Below, piece after piece: positions 23,511 to 36,227 of a stretch of DNA of 64,000 nt. Position 1 is the stretch's first letter. Each line of letters opens with the position of its first letter. This stretch comes from Mobula hypostoma (taxonomy: Eukaryota): the NCBI RefSeq assembly GCF_963921235.1, contig NC_086101.1, positions 130,696,001-130,760,000 on the forward strand, given 5' to 3'. The position numbers and the translations under genes were made by a program. The notes under the pieces were generated by a model that was given only the letters and a program-made list of their open reading frames with translations, was not told the origin of the DNA and ran no database searches.

Positions 23511-25899
23511 CAAACATTATTTGTACCATGTGTACAGTTCAAAGGCTGGCATAGATAAAAGTTGCATTAATTTGAGTCCAACTTGTGAGTGATACTCAGC
23601 TTCACAGAGCAGTTTAGCAGAACTCAAAGAATTCCTGCATTGGCAAAGAGGATGAGATATCCAAAAATTCCAATCTGTAGAAAGTAAGTCCATTGAATTT
23701 GCAACTTTATCATAGCACGGCAAAACAGAAGGCATTGCTGAATACTAAAATTGGATTAGCAAATAGAAAAGGAAGCTCATGCCAAGATGAGAGGAGACTG
23801 GGGGATGCTGGATTTCTCAGTCCTTATTGCAAAATCTTATATAAATTGAAACCTCAACATCTTATATAAAATGAAGCCTTTGTTCTTACATTATAATATA
23901 ACAGAAGGAACAGGAGAAAATGTCAAATGCTGTAATACAGTAATATGGGAGCCTGAGAAACATTCTTCTGTACCAGTTGGGTCGGTTAGCTATTTCGTAC
24001 CAGTTAATACGACAGTTCTGCAAAGTACTGTATAATGAGCATTTCCTTTGATAAAATTATTGAAATGTTACAGAGTCACAATGAACATCAATGCATGTGA
24101 AGGCACCAATGGTGTGTTCTTTGTCTACTTGGTCACATGAGTAGAAATTCATTTTAGTGAGAAACCAAGCTGCACAAAATCAAGTATAAAGCATGCCCTC
24201 TTGCTAAGGGAGAACAACACTTTGCAAATATTACAGACTAGCTGCAACAATGTCTTTTCCATAACTGTTGCGCTATTGATGATGACATGGGAGAAGATCA
24301 CAAGCTTCCAGCTCTTCCCCTCATGATGTACTGTGAAAATGGTAGATTATGAGTCATAAAGCTTGCAGCTTTGAGGGGCAGTGAGGGAATTAGAAGAGGA
24401 AGAAACAAAGCTGGCAATTAGGAAGGAATTTGATGCGACACGCCATGTGAAGTGTGCCAGTGAATACCTTCACAGCAGGTTAGTTCAAATACAGGGGAAA
24501 AGTTGAAATTGAACATGTAAGTTCATACATTGGAACTGCACCACACTGATCATGAAGTTAAGGTGTGTAGAAGTTGCTGATTGTTGAGAAGGAGACTTAG
24601 GAAAAGAAATGTATATCAAGCAGATTAGGGTAAGGAAACTGAGAAAAACAACCCAGTTAGAAGATGTCAAGACAGAGAACTTTTACAAGCATATGATTAT
24701 ATGCAAGAGAGCTTTCTGAAAAGTTGCCACAACTATAAAATAGTGCCCACTGCCTCAAAACCCCATATGACAGAATTTTCGTCTTTGAAACCAAAGTGTC
24801 AGAATTAAAGCTGTAAGTTATTACCGAAACAGGGCTAACAAGATAAATTGTCAGATTGGGTTTTAAGTAGTGAAGATGCTGTAATAAAACTAAAGCAAAC
24901 TCCTTCTGAGAAAAGAAAAGAAATTGAGAATCTACAGAGTGGCATGTCAACTTGTTATAGAAATTACAGGAAACACGGCAGAAAAATATTACTTTGGAAG
25001 AGAAGCCTTCACTCCAGAACGAGAGTGAGCAGGCTATGACGTATCATCATTTAGAGCTGGAAATTTAACAAAGAAAAGTGACTGGGCTCAGGAAATGTAA
25101 GAACAGCCATTCAGCTCAATTGTGAGAAAGACAAAATGTTTCAGATGAGTTTTCAATGACATTATCCAGTACCAGAGCAAGTCACTGCTTCAGAGGAAGA
25201 GCTTAAATAGAGACCCCAGAAGGTGAAAATATAATGATAGAAAAAGAATTGCTCAAAATTATTAATGCTACTTGATTAATTAATAGAAAACTAATGGAGG
25301 CAATCTGCAAGGAAGACAATCCAGGAAGGCACTGCAGAACATTTCTTAAGAATCCTCCATGCGAGATGATCTAGGTTAACTTCACAGAAATCTTCAAAGA
25401 CACTGCAGGTATTAGGAGTTCTATCTCTTGAGTTGGCAAAAATATTGAGTGTTACAATGTTGAATTGAAGAAGAAAGTATCTAAAGAAGGACTTTTGAGA
25501 TGGAACCCAGGCACTGCATTTAGGAGATTCAGTCCATATTTGTCCATTGCAGAAAGTATACTGGAGGACAGAAAAGCAGATAGGATTCAAAGGTGGTTAT
25601 TAGTGAAAAAGGTGGCAAGTTTCAAGTTAAAGTTTATTGGCTTGCAACCATACAAATGTATATAGCTCAACAAAACATTATTTTTCTAGGGCCAAGGTAC
25701 AAAACACAGCATATATAGTCACAGACAGCATATACAATCAAACACAAGCAAACATTAAATGACAGTGTCACTGAACTGATTTGGGCAATATGCAAACTGG
25801 TAGAGGTCCAATGTCATGGGATGGCTGGATTGAATGTAGTTCATGACCAGATGCTTGAAACATTTCATTATTGCTGAGGTCAGTGCCATGGGATGTAGT

Positions 25900-28115
25900 C
25901 CTGTGAGCCTCCGAGGAAAGCCACTGCTACAACCTGCAACCTGGTCATCTCTGACTGAGGCTGAGGTATGCAGATGTTTCCAATGAGTGAACAGTCACAA
26001 GGCTGTGGGACCGGATGATATCTCAGGGCGAATAATCAAAATATGCGCAGCACAACTGGTAGGTGTGTTTACAGACATTTTTAATCTCTCCTTCTCCAAG
26101 TGTAGAGTGCCCTCCTGCTTCAAATCATCCACCATTGTCCCTGTACCAATAAAGAACAAGATAACATGTCTGAATGACTGATGTCCTGTTGCACTCACCT
26201 CAATAATAAGCAAATTCTTTGAGAGGCTGGTGAAAGACTATGTCTGCAGCATGCTACCACCCACACTGGACCCCTACAATTCACCTACAGACACAACCGA
26301 TTGACAGACGACACAATAGCCACTGCTCTACATAGCGTCTTTACACATCTGGAGAAGAGGGATGCTTATGTGAGAATGCTGTTCATGGACTACAGTTCAG
26401 TATTCATCACCATAATTCCCCCTACAGGCTCAACAGCAAAGTTAAGAGACCTCAGCCTTGACCCTGCCTTGTGCAGCTGGATCCTGGACTTTTTGTCAGA
26501 TCGCTGGCAGGTCGTAAGAGTGGGTTCCCTCACCTCCACCCCTCTGACTCTCAACACAGGAGCCCCACAGGGCTGTGTACTAAGTCACCTCCTTTACTCC
26601 CTGTATACCCATGACTCTGTCACCACCCACAGTTCTCAACTGCTAATTAAATTTGCAGACAACACTACATTGATTAGCTTAATCTCAAACAATAATGAGG
26701 TGGCCTACAGGGAAGAAGTCAGTGGTGTCAAGAAAACAACCTCTCCCTCAATGTTGCGAAAACAAAGGAGCTGGTTGTGGATTACAAGGGTAATGGAGAC
26801 AGTCTAAGCCCTATTGACATCATTGGATCTGGGGTTGAGAGGGTAAACAGCTTTAAGTTCCTCAGCATCCACATCACTGAGGACCTCACATGTTCTGTAC
26901 ACACTAGCTGTGTGGTGAAGAAGGCACAACAGCGCCTCTTTCATCTCAGACCGCTGAGGAAGTTTGGTATGGGCCTCCAAATCCTAAGTACTTTCTACAG
27001 GGTACAACTGAGAGCATCCTGACTGGATGCATTCATATACTGACCAACATATCGATGTAGTTATAAAGAAGGCAAAACAGCGGCTATATTTTATTACTTT
27101 ATTAGGAGTTTGAAGAGCTTTGGCATTTCAACAAATACACTCAAAAACTTCTATAGTTGTACCATGGAGAGCATTCTGACAGGCTGCATCACTGTCTGGT
27201 ATGGAGGGGCTTCTGCACAGGACCGAAAGAAGCTGCAGAAGGTTGTAAATCTAGTCAGTTCGATCTTGGGTACTAGCCTTCAAAGTACCCAGGACATCTT
27301 TACGGAGCGGAGTCTCAGAAAGGCAGCAGCCATTATTAAGGACCTCCAGCACCTAGGCATGCCCTTTTCTCATTGGTGCCCGTCAGGTTGGAGGTACAGA
27401 AGCCTGAAGGCACACACAGTGATTCAGGAACAGCTTCTTACCATCTGCTATCTGATTCCTAAATGGACATTGAATCTTTGGACACTACCTCAGTTTTTTA
27501 AAAAAATATATAGTATTTCTGTTTTTGCACGTTTTAAAAAAAATCTATTCAATATATGTAATTGATTTACTTGCTGATTTATTATTTTTTTTGCTAGATT
27601 ATGTATTGCATTGAACTGCTGCTGCTAAGTTAACAAATTTCATGTCACATGCTGGTGATAATAAACCTGATTCTGATTCTGCATCACTGCCTGATATGAG
27701 AACTGTACTTCCCTTAATTGCAGGATTCTGCAGAGAGTGGTGTGGACAGCCCAGCACATCTGTGGTTGTGAACTTCCCATCATTCAGCACATTTACAAAG
27801 ACAGGTATGAAAAAAGGGCCCAAAGGATCATTGGGGACCCAAGTCACCCCAACCACAATCTATTCCAGTTGCTACCATCTAGGAAATGGTACCGTAGCAT
27901 AAAAGCCGGAACCAACAGGCTCCGGGACAGCTTCTTCCACCAGGCCATCAGACTGATTAACTCACACTGATTTGAGTGTATTTCTGTGTTACATTGACTG
28001 TTCTATTTATTATAAATTACTATGATTGCACATTTAGACGGAGACATAATGTAACTCTTTTTACTACTCATGTATGTGAAGGATGTAAGAAATAAGTCAA
28101 TTCAATTCATTTCAA
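25900..28115 (+). mobile_element. Rex1/Babar LINE (RT to 3' tail)
   Basis: [26 protein letters not shown]; (caatt)n tail. Confidence 0.88.
27033..27679 (+). mobile_element. Second Rex1 subfamily 3' fragment nested in Rex1
   Basis: TSD tgcat (27028-32/27680-84); (ctgatt)n tail. Confidence 0.8.
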
Positions 28116-28129
28116 TTAATTGAAACAGA

Positions 28130-29000
28130 ATACATTCAGGTCTATGGGAATTGGAATGATGATGGTGGCTTTGAAGTCTGCAGGGATGGTGGTCTGATCC
28201 AGGGAGATGTTGAAGATGTTAGTGAGAATATCTGCTGGCTGTGCTGCATTGTCTCTGAGCACACAGCCACGTATGTTGTCAGGCCTTGCAGCTTTGTACG
28301 GGTTAAGCCCAGCCTGGGTCCTCCTTGCATCAGCTGTGGCCGGGAGGGGGTGGAGGGGAGCTTTTCTCACCACATTTACTGTATTGAAATATACATAGAT
28401 GATACTCAAGCTGTCAGGAAGAGAGGTGTCACTGTCACACGGAGGGTGGTCTTATAGTCCATTATGACCTGAATGCCTTGCCACATGCACCGTATATCTC
28501 TGGTGTTACAGAAGTAGCTGTAGATTTTGTTTGCAGTCCCATTTTGCCTTCCTGATGGCATGGAAAAGCATGGTTCTTGCTGAGCTGAGTGCTACCTTAT
28601 TCCCCCAAACTGAAGGCAGCATCTGGTTATTTCAGCAGTGCCCGGATCTCTGCTGCAGGCCATGGCTCTGACTGGCCGGAATGGAGATGGGTTTGATGAC
28701 AGTAGTATCTCTGATGCATTTGCCATGTATTCTGCGTATTCATCAATGTTGATACGAAGACCTCCCTGAACACGTTCCAGTCAGCGTGTTGAAAACAGTC
28801 CTATAACGCTCAGTTGGCTCCTTCTGGCCAAACTCCAATTTCCTTGCCAACTAGTTTGACGTGTTTTAGCAGCAGTCCTCATGCAGCGACTATCATAACG
28901 GATATGTGATCAGAGTATCCGGGCTGGGGGCGGGGGGCAACCTTGTATGCCCCACTAACGTTGGTGTAAACTATGTCCAATGTGTTCTCTTCTTTGGTAT
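28130..29000 (-). mobile_element. Rex1-type LINE fragment (endonuclease end to RT start)
   Basis: NPYKAARPDNI, LTNIFNISL, FKATIIIPIP. Confidence 0.75.
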
Positions 29001-29634
29001 CGAAGCTTTGTTTTACTCAGATATTCCCTCAAGTGTGGATATGATATATCATTGACTACTGCACTGGCAGAGGTGACACAAAGTTGGGGGTTTTCTGGTG
29101 CAGGGACAGCAAATAAAAGCTTGAGTGGTATACACTGGATGAATAATTACTTGCCACTAACCTTGTGAAGGAGCAGTGCAAGAGTGATATGGATTCCCTG
29201 TATGGGTGTAGTTAAAGCCTCAGGTGAAATCATGAATATGTTCAATAGGAGAAAGGAGGGAATGGCTGGTGAAAAACAGCATTCTAGACCCAATAAGGAC
29301 TCCCGAAATGGATCCAGTGCTGGAAACAGTCACATGGACATAGTACCAATCAGGACATACATGTTAAAGGAAGACAGTGACAAAACATGATGAAAACAAG
29401 AGATGAACAGAAGGAAATGAGCGAAGTTTGCAGAGAACGTGGACTCTTAACATTCAAATTTTCAACAATCTGGTGATTGTTTTGTGAAGCACTCTCAACA
29501 GACAACTCTCCGGCCAAGGAGGAAACAGTGTGCATATCTTAGACCAAACAATTTTTGAAAATCAGATCTGGGAGAGAACAGGATCCAAGCCATGGAGGGT
29601 CATGATTGCTGGGCAATATTAGCTAATTTATTTA

Positions 29635-30341
29635 TGTAGCCCCCCTCGCAAGCCTTAGGGTTGCTCAGCTCGCTGTCGTCTAGGGAAACAGCCCTCAGCC
29701 CCGCCAAACTGGGTAATTAAGTTTGTGTGGATGCTGTGTGATGTACCCCACCCCACCAAATGACAGACAATACACCAGATACGATTAAATAAATTACAGT
29801 TTATAGATATTACTGGAACTATATAATTAATAGAGCTAAAATATAAAAGGAAAATAAAAGGTGCCACACTTATCAAAGTTCGTGCACAACAGTTGAAGCT
29901 CTAGTAACGATCCTCTCTTCACCATTCGATCCCTTCTGACCACCTCGACCTGCCGCCTGGGACCAACCACGGTGGTCAACCAGACGCTCCACACTAGTCT
30001 GTCTCTGTCTCCTCTCCTCGCCGAAGACCCTGGACCTCGGACTCCTGCTCAGGGTCCAACCCCGTTAGCCAGCTCACGGCACCTTGTCCATTCTCTCTCT
30101 CTCCATCACGCCTTCAGCCCAAAAACCCGTGCATCACAATAACTTACAGACACACTGGAAAGAATAACATCTATCCCAATTGGTTCTTTTTCTCTCTTAT
30201 CAATAATATAACCCAAACAAGCTGCTAGCGAGAGAACTTTCTCAGCAGTTAACATAACAAGGAATTCATTTGAATCAGAACACAACAAAGAAGCCATTTT
30301 AATAAGCCTAAGCAGTAACATAAAAGAAGAAACCCCTTACA
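29635..30341 (-). mobile_element. Solo LTR (707 bp)
   Basis: TGTAG...TTACA termini, exact 4-bp TSD ttta, inserted in a SINE tail; orientation inferred. Confidence 0.85.
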
Positions 30342-30600
30342 TTTAGATATACAATACCTTAACTGGATCTTCTGGCCCAGCAAGCCTGCATGGCTCAATT
30401 ACACCCATGTGACCAATTAACATACTAACCCTTTGGAATCAGAAGGAAACCAGAGCACCCAAATGAAACCCACACAGTTATGGAGAGAATGTAAAAAAAA
30501 ACTTCTTACAGACAGCAGTAGAGTTGAACCCAGGTCACTGGTGCTGGATTAACGTTACAATAACCTCTACACTAGTACACCGACCAACTATGCTATTGTG
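30342..30600 (-). mobile_element. HE1-like SINE
   Basis: ggaaaccagagcacc...gaaacccacacagttatggagagaatgt is the reverse complement of the SINE core. Confidence 0.7.
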
Positions 30601-33324
30601 TCAACCCAGTTTCCTTGCAATATAGTTTGTACCATATTGGTGATTGAAAATTACCTAAAAGGTAAAGACTGTACTGACATGTAGCTATAAGTGGTGATTT
30701 CACTGGTAATCAGCACCAGAGACCAGTTCAGAAGGATGGAGAATACTCATTTACAAACAATATGTAATTAATTATTAATTATGAATATGTAATAATGGTA
30801 TTAATTATGTAAGTTCCACCTTTATTTAAATGTGCAATGATTGTAAATAGGCTGGAGGATGTTGGTTTCCGTTCTTCTACCAATTAGCCCCAAAGGTAAT
30901 TGCACAGGTTAACTGGAATGAAAAATGGCTCAGCTAATATCTGTACTCAATACTGTACAAAGCTCCTGGCATCTTCCACACCGCAGGAATGCATGAAAAT
31001 CAGGAATTTATCTTAAGACAAACAAGAATCTATAGATGTTAGAAATTGAAAGAAAATCCCATAACGTTGAAAAGCCTTGGCAGGTCAGGCAGATCCTTTT
31101 TGGATTAAAATGGATTAGTGTTTCAGTTTGTTGGCCTTCCACCAGAATAAACTAGCTGAAACATCAGTTGAAAACGAAATGCTGAAAGTACCAGAAACTC
31201 AAAAGAGCAGCAGTAAATGCTGAAGGTAGTCAGCTGGTCGGGAAATGACTATGGGAAAAAATCAGAGATATCACTTCAGTTGATCGACTTTTGTCAGAAC
31301 TCAAATACTGGAGTATTAATGTTATTTCTCTCTCCAAAGAACAAGCATTTTGTTGTTTTTTTTAAAATTCTGTGACTTATATTTTTTCATTTGCCCCATG
31401 TCAATTTTACCTTGCACCATTCTCTCTCTGATTACTGAATCACCTCTGCCTACTGCCCAGTCACTCACCTTATCCTGTGTTTTTTCCGTTACTTCATCCT
31501 GCTCCAAATCCAAACACTTTCTTCTTTTCTCTCTGCCACTGTACTGAATAAATGCTGTTAACCTTCACAGATTCCAGCAATGAAGTAAGGCAATCTAAGT
31601 TAAAGTAAGTTTTGTACTTGTATAGTGCCTTTCGAATCCTCAGGACATTCCAATAAAGTTTTACTGTCCATGATATACCATGCTTTTCAACTGCAAATGT
31701 TTTTTTAGTCATCAATTTAGACAGCACAGAAACTGGACTTCTGACCGACTTTGCCCATGTTGACCATTGGCTGCTTAATTTATGATCATTTGCTAACCAC
31801 CATTTTGTCTGGAGTCTTCCATAGCATGTTTGTTTAATTGCCGCCGTAGTGTGAGAATCTCCACCACCCATCTGATAGATGGTTCCAGATTGCAACCACC
31901 AACTGGAAGAAAAAAACAAAGTACTTCTTTTAGGTCTCCTCTAAACCTCTTATTCTTATCCTAAAACTATATATTTAAAAAAAATCATCTTCATTGGCTG
32001 CTTGACCAGTTGAGCAATTCCAACATTCTTTATAATTAGGGTTCCTAACTGCCTGCATTAGAATGGAATGCATATCCCTCAGGATCTCACAGACTCAGTT
32101 TGCAATTATCCCATAAAACATTAAAAATGTTACCTGATGATATTTAGCTACTTTGCACCTTGCAACACAGACTAGATGCCAGAAGAAAACACTCTTGTTG
32201 AGGGCTTGTTAGTGGTTATTCACGGATGTTTACTAACAGGTCAGGAAAAAATCTTCTATAATGAAAAGCAAACACTTTCTGCTTGCTGGTCCTGGATTTA
32301 GGCATCTAACATTAGGTCAGGAGTAAAACCATCAACTGAACAATGGAACACTTTTCAGTTAGAGATCCAATCCCCGCCTTAGGACATAAACCCTTCCTCA
32401 TGAGAAGATACACAATTGTTATTTGTGGCTTGCCCTTGTTTCAGCAACAGAAACTGAGGAAACTGTGGTAACATCTATGGATGGAGAAACAGTTAATGTT
32501 CCAGGCTGTTAACTGCGTGGCAATTTCAAAATGGGGGAAAAAATAATTGTGACCTGAATTTGTTGGAATTTGTTACGATTTGAGAGTTTTCATTTTCCAC
32601 ATCGAAAGACGAGTTGCTGATCTTTGGAGTTGCATTGAGGTTTGGGAAATAAATTTTCAGTAAGTTTTTCGGCAACGTGTTTCATCAGATACTTATTCAT
32701 GAATTCTGCAGAAGCATCATTATACCAGAAATACCTAAGCTGATTGAATTGGATCAATGAAACAGACAGAGATAACTACAAACTATTTTACTTGTGTTCT
32801 TTCCATCACAATAGAATTCATTAGCTTCCTGATGCAGGGGTTTGACTCTAAACATTGTCAGTTCCTTTCCTCACACATATACTGTTCAACCTGTTGATTC
32901 CTCCCGCTGGCTGTTTGTTGCAATGGAAGTTGTAAGTTAGATTGAACAATTATTGCCTACACACTTGTAGTATCAAAATGAAATGTTAAGCCAGGTAATT
33001 GTACCAATCCCTTGTTGCAATAAATGCTTGTAGTGTAAAACTCTGGTGACCTGACATCCACAGGGCCGTGCTGATTCCAGACTGGCAGATTATTTCGACT
33101 ATTGGAAATTAGTCCTATCAACATACTTTCAGGTTACAATTTTTAGATATTACACACTAGTGTAAGAAGTGTTAGCTGAGAACCTAGTTAATATAAAAGG
33201 GAGCACAGGAGCCAGGGCCCCAGTTGCCTCATTAAGACTTCTTGGGAACAGTCCATTGAAAAAAAGTTCTCTGTTACACAGCTGCTGGGGAAGAAGCTCA
33301 AGAAGAATCTTTGCATTATTTTAC

Positions 33325-33650
33325 AGGAAGTCATAAACATGAGAAAGTCTGCAGATCTAAAGCAACACACACAAAATGCTGGAGGAATTCAGCATGTCAG
33401 GCAGTATCTATGATAATGAACAAACAGTCAACATTTTGGGCCGAGACGCTTCCTCAGGACTGGAAAGGAAGGGCGAAGATCCCAGAATAAAAAGGTGTGG
33501 GAGGAGAAGAAGGTTAGTCCAAAGGTAGTAGATGAAGCCAGGTGGATAGGAAAGGGAAAGGGCTGGGGTGGAAAGAATCTGATAGGAGAGGAGAGCAGAC
33601 CACAGGAGCAAGGAAAGAAGGAGGGGACCCAGGGGAAGGAGAGAGGAGCC
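33325..33650 (-). mobile_element. Penelope pseudo-LTR fragment with decayed hammerhead
   Basis: Minus strand cagtc-ctgagga-agcgtctcggccc-aaaat-gtt-gactg at ~33424-33461. Confidence 0.7.
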
Positions 33651-33892
33651 TGCAGATCTTCTTTGCAAAAACACTGCACAAAGAGGTGGCTGATGATCTC
33701 ATCTGCATCGTGGCCATCTTAATGGCAGCATGCTTTCAAACTGAGATTCAACCATCCAGGAAAGGTCTGATGGGAAGGGACTCACATATCGCCAGCCAAG
33801 AGAGATTTTAGTGCTTTTGGGTGAATACTGGTGAAGAGGCATTCTATCAAATGGCTCTGATGCTCTTTTCTGGGGAAACAATGTTATTGTTT

Positions 33893-34174
33893 GTGTGGCG
33901 CGTGGCCAAGTGGTTAGGGCGTTGGACTAGCAATCTGAAGGTCGTGGGTTCGAGCCTCGGCCAAGGCACCATTCGTATCCTTGAGCAAGGCACTTAACCA
34001 CACAATACTCCAGTCTACCCAGATGAGAATGTGTACCAGCAAAAATGCTGGGGGTCAACCTTGCGATAGACTGGCGTCCTATTGGGGGGGGGAGGGGGAG
34101 TCTTGTACTCTCAGTCGCTTCACGCCACGGAAACCGGCATAAGCACTGGCCTGATGGGCCACAAGACAGACTTT
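33893..34174 (+). mobile_element. tRNA-derived SINE with Nin/Meta-like central domain
   Basis: A box TGGCCAAGTGG, B box GGTTCGAGCC, tccttgagcaaggcacttaac; 13-bp TSD aatgttattgttt/aacgtcattgttt. Confidence 0.85.
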
Positions 34175-34491
34175 AACGTCATTGTTTCATCATATCTTTC
34201 TGTAGGGCTAGCAGGACATTCCGTTCCCATTCAACGTTCTGTAGCTGAGAAGTTGCATAAAAGGCAAGAGGGGTGATGTTCGGGGTCTGGGACTCATTGT
34301 TCAGAAAGATAATAGAAGCAGACACCCTCAGCACATTTAAAAAGTAGCCATGGAGTTCTACAGCATGGAAACAGGCCCTTTGCTTTATTCTAGAGCTTAA
34401 TTCTAGCTTTTGATCAATTTCTCACTCTTGCCCAGATCTTTATGGATCTTCTGCTTGGATGTGTACTCGACGAGCTGTGTCCCGCAGGACA

Positions 34492-34546
34492 ACATACCCA
34501 ATCCTAAAGGTGACATACCAATCCTAAAGGTGACATACCAATCCTA
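34492..34546. repeat. 20-bp tandem repeat, ~2.7 copies
   Basis: Unit atcctaaaggtgacatacca. Confidence 0.9.
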
Positions 34547-34741
34547 TATAGTCCTTCCCCAGATGACGTGGATAGAAGTGACGAAAAGACCTCCTACATC
34601 ATGATTATTTTGATTTCTATGCCCTTTATTTATACCTTTTATGAAATGGTACCTTTATTAGTATCATTCATCCTCGGACCTGCCCTCACCTGTGAGATCG
34701 TAAGGAAATCTGATGAAGGAACGAAGCAACATTCCCTCTTT

Positions 34742-35650
34742 TACATTTCCTGCCCCGCCAATTTCTGCCTTCCGCAGGGATCGCTCCCTACGCGACTCCC
34801 TTGTTGTTCATCCCTTCCCACTGATCTCCCTCTTGGCACTTATCCTTGAAAATGAAACACCTGCCCCAACTCCTCCTCCCTCACTACAATTCAGGGCCCA
34901 AACAGTCCTTCCAGGTGAGGTGGCACTTCAGCTGGGTGTCTGTTGGGGTCATGCTGTGTTCAATGCTCCCGGTGTGGCTTCCTGTTTATCGGTGAGACCC
35001 GACATAGATTGAGAAACTGCTTCACCAAGCAGTTTTGTCCTCCAGATAAAGCGAGATCTCCCAGTGGCCACCCATTTTAATTCTACTTCCTATTTCCATT
35101 CCAACATGTCAGTCCATGGCCTCCTCTGCTGACGCATTGAGGCCACACTCAGGTTGGAGGAGCTAGACCTTGTATTCCGTCTGGGTAGCCTCCAACCTGA
35201 TGGCATGAACATCAATTTCTTGTACTTCTGGTAATGGCAACCTCCTCCCTCACAATTCCCCATTCCCAAGTCCTTCTCCCACCTTATCTCCTTGCCTGCT
35301 CATCGCCTCCCTCTGGTGCCCCTTCCCCTTCTCTTTCTTCCATAGCCTTCTATCTTCTCCTAGCTGATTCCCTGCTCTCCAGCCCTTTATTTCTTTCACT
35401 AATCAACTTTCTAGCTTTTTACTTCACACCACCACCCCCCTCCAGTTTCACCTATCACCTAATACTTTGTATTTATTTCTCTCCTCCCCTTCCTTCTTAC
35501 TCTGACTCCTCATATTTTTTTCTGATGAAGAGCTTCAACCCGAAACATTGACTGTTAACTCTTTCTCATAGATGCTACCTGGCCTGTTGAGTTCATCTAG
35601 CATTTTGTGTGTGTTGCTTGGTTTTCCAGGATCTGCAGATTTTCTCTTGA
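34742..35650 (+). mobile_element. Older Penelope 3' fragment with pLTR
   Basis: SAFRRDRSLRDSLV and decayed GIY-YIG; ctgatga...gaaacatt hammerhead remnant ~35522-35555. Confidence 0.8.
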
Positions 35651-36227
35651 ATGAATTAACATTTCCATCTGCATGTGAGAATGGACTATGAGAACAGCTG
35701 AGAGGACTATAGGGGTCTTCTTACCATCCATCGGGGGCATTTATCAGGAGCTTTGTGTACACAGGGCCCTTAGAATTATCAAGGATCCCATCTGTCCATC
35801 CAGCATCCCCTTCGACATTCTGTCATCAGGGCGGAGACTCTGATGCATAAAATCAAGAACAGTCAGGATGGGAAACTCTACCCTGCAATATTTAATTTAC
35901 GCATTTTGTTTATTTATGCGTAATTCATTTGTAGGTTTTATTTTTTTCTTTTCTAAGTTATTGTGTGTTACACCCTGCTCCAGAGAAACATTGTCACATT
36001 TGATGCTAAGTTATTAACTATATAACGTGTTTATAGCTAAATGACAATAGACTTGGTTTGACTTGAAATGTTTCCTTTTGCAAGCTCTTTGACTAGAATG
36101 TCTAAACTGATCTCTAAGATTGGTTTCATTTCAGCCTTCCAGAGGGCACAGTATTAACTTCCATACCGGAACAGTCAAAAATAAATATTGTTCAATAAAA
36201 AGAGGAATTAACAACACTTTGAATTTA

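Noticed and set aside
32550-32740. Minus-strand coding-like segment
   Set aside because: Frames are short and no family is recognised
33893-33968. tRNA gene
   Set aside because: Continues into a SINE body bounded by TSDs; no proper acceptor stem
34125-34160. GAAAC...CTGATGG in the SINE tail as a hammerhead
   Set aside because: Only one stem between the motifs and the core is not CUGANGA; no three-way junction
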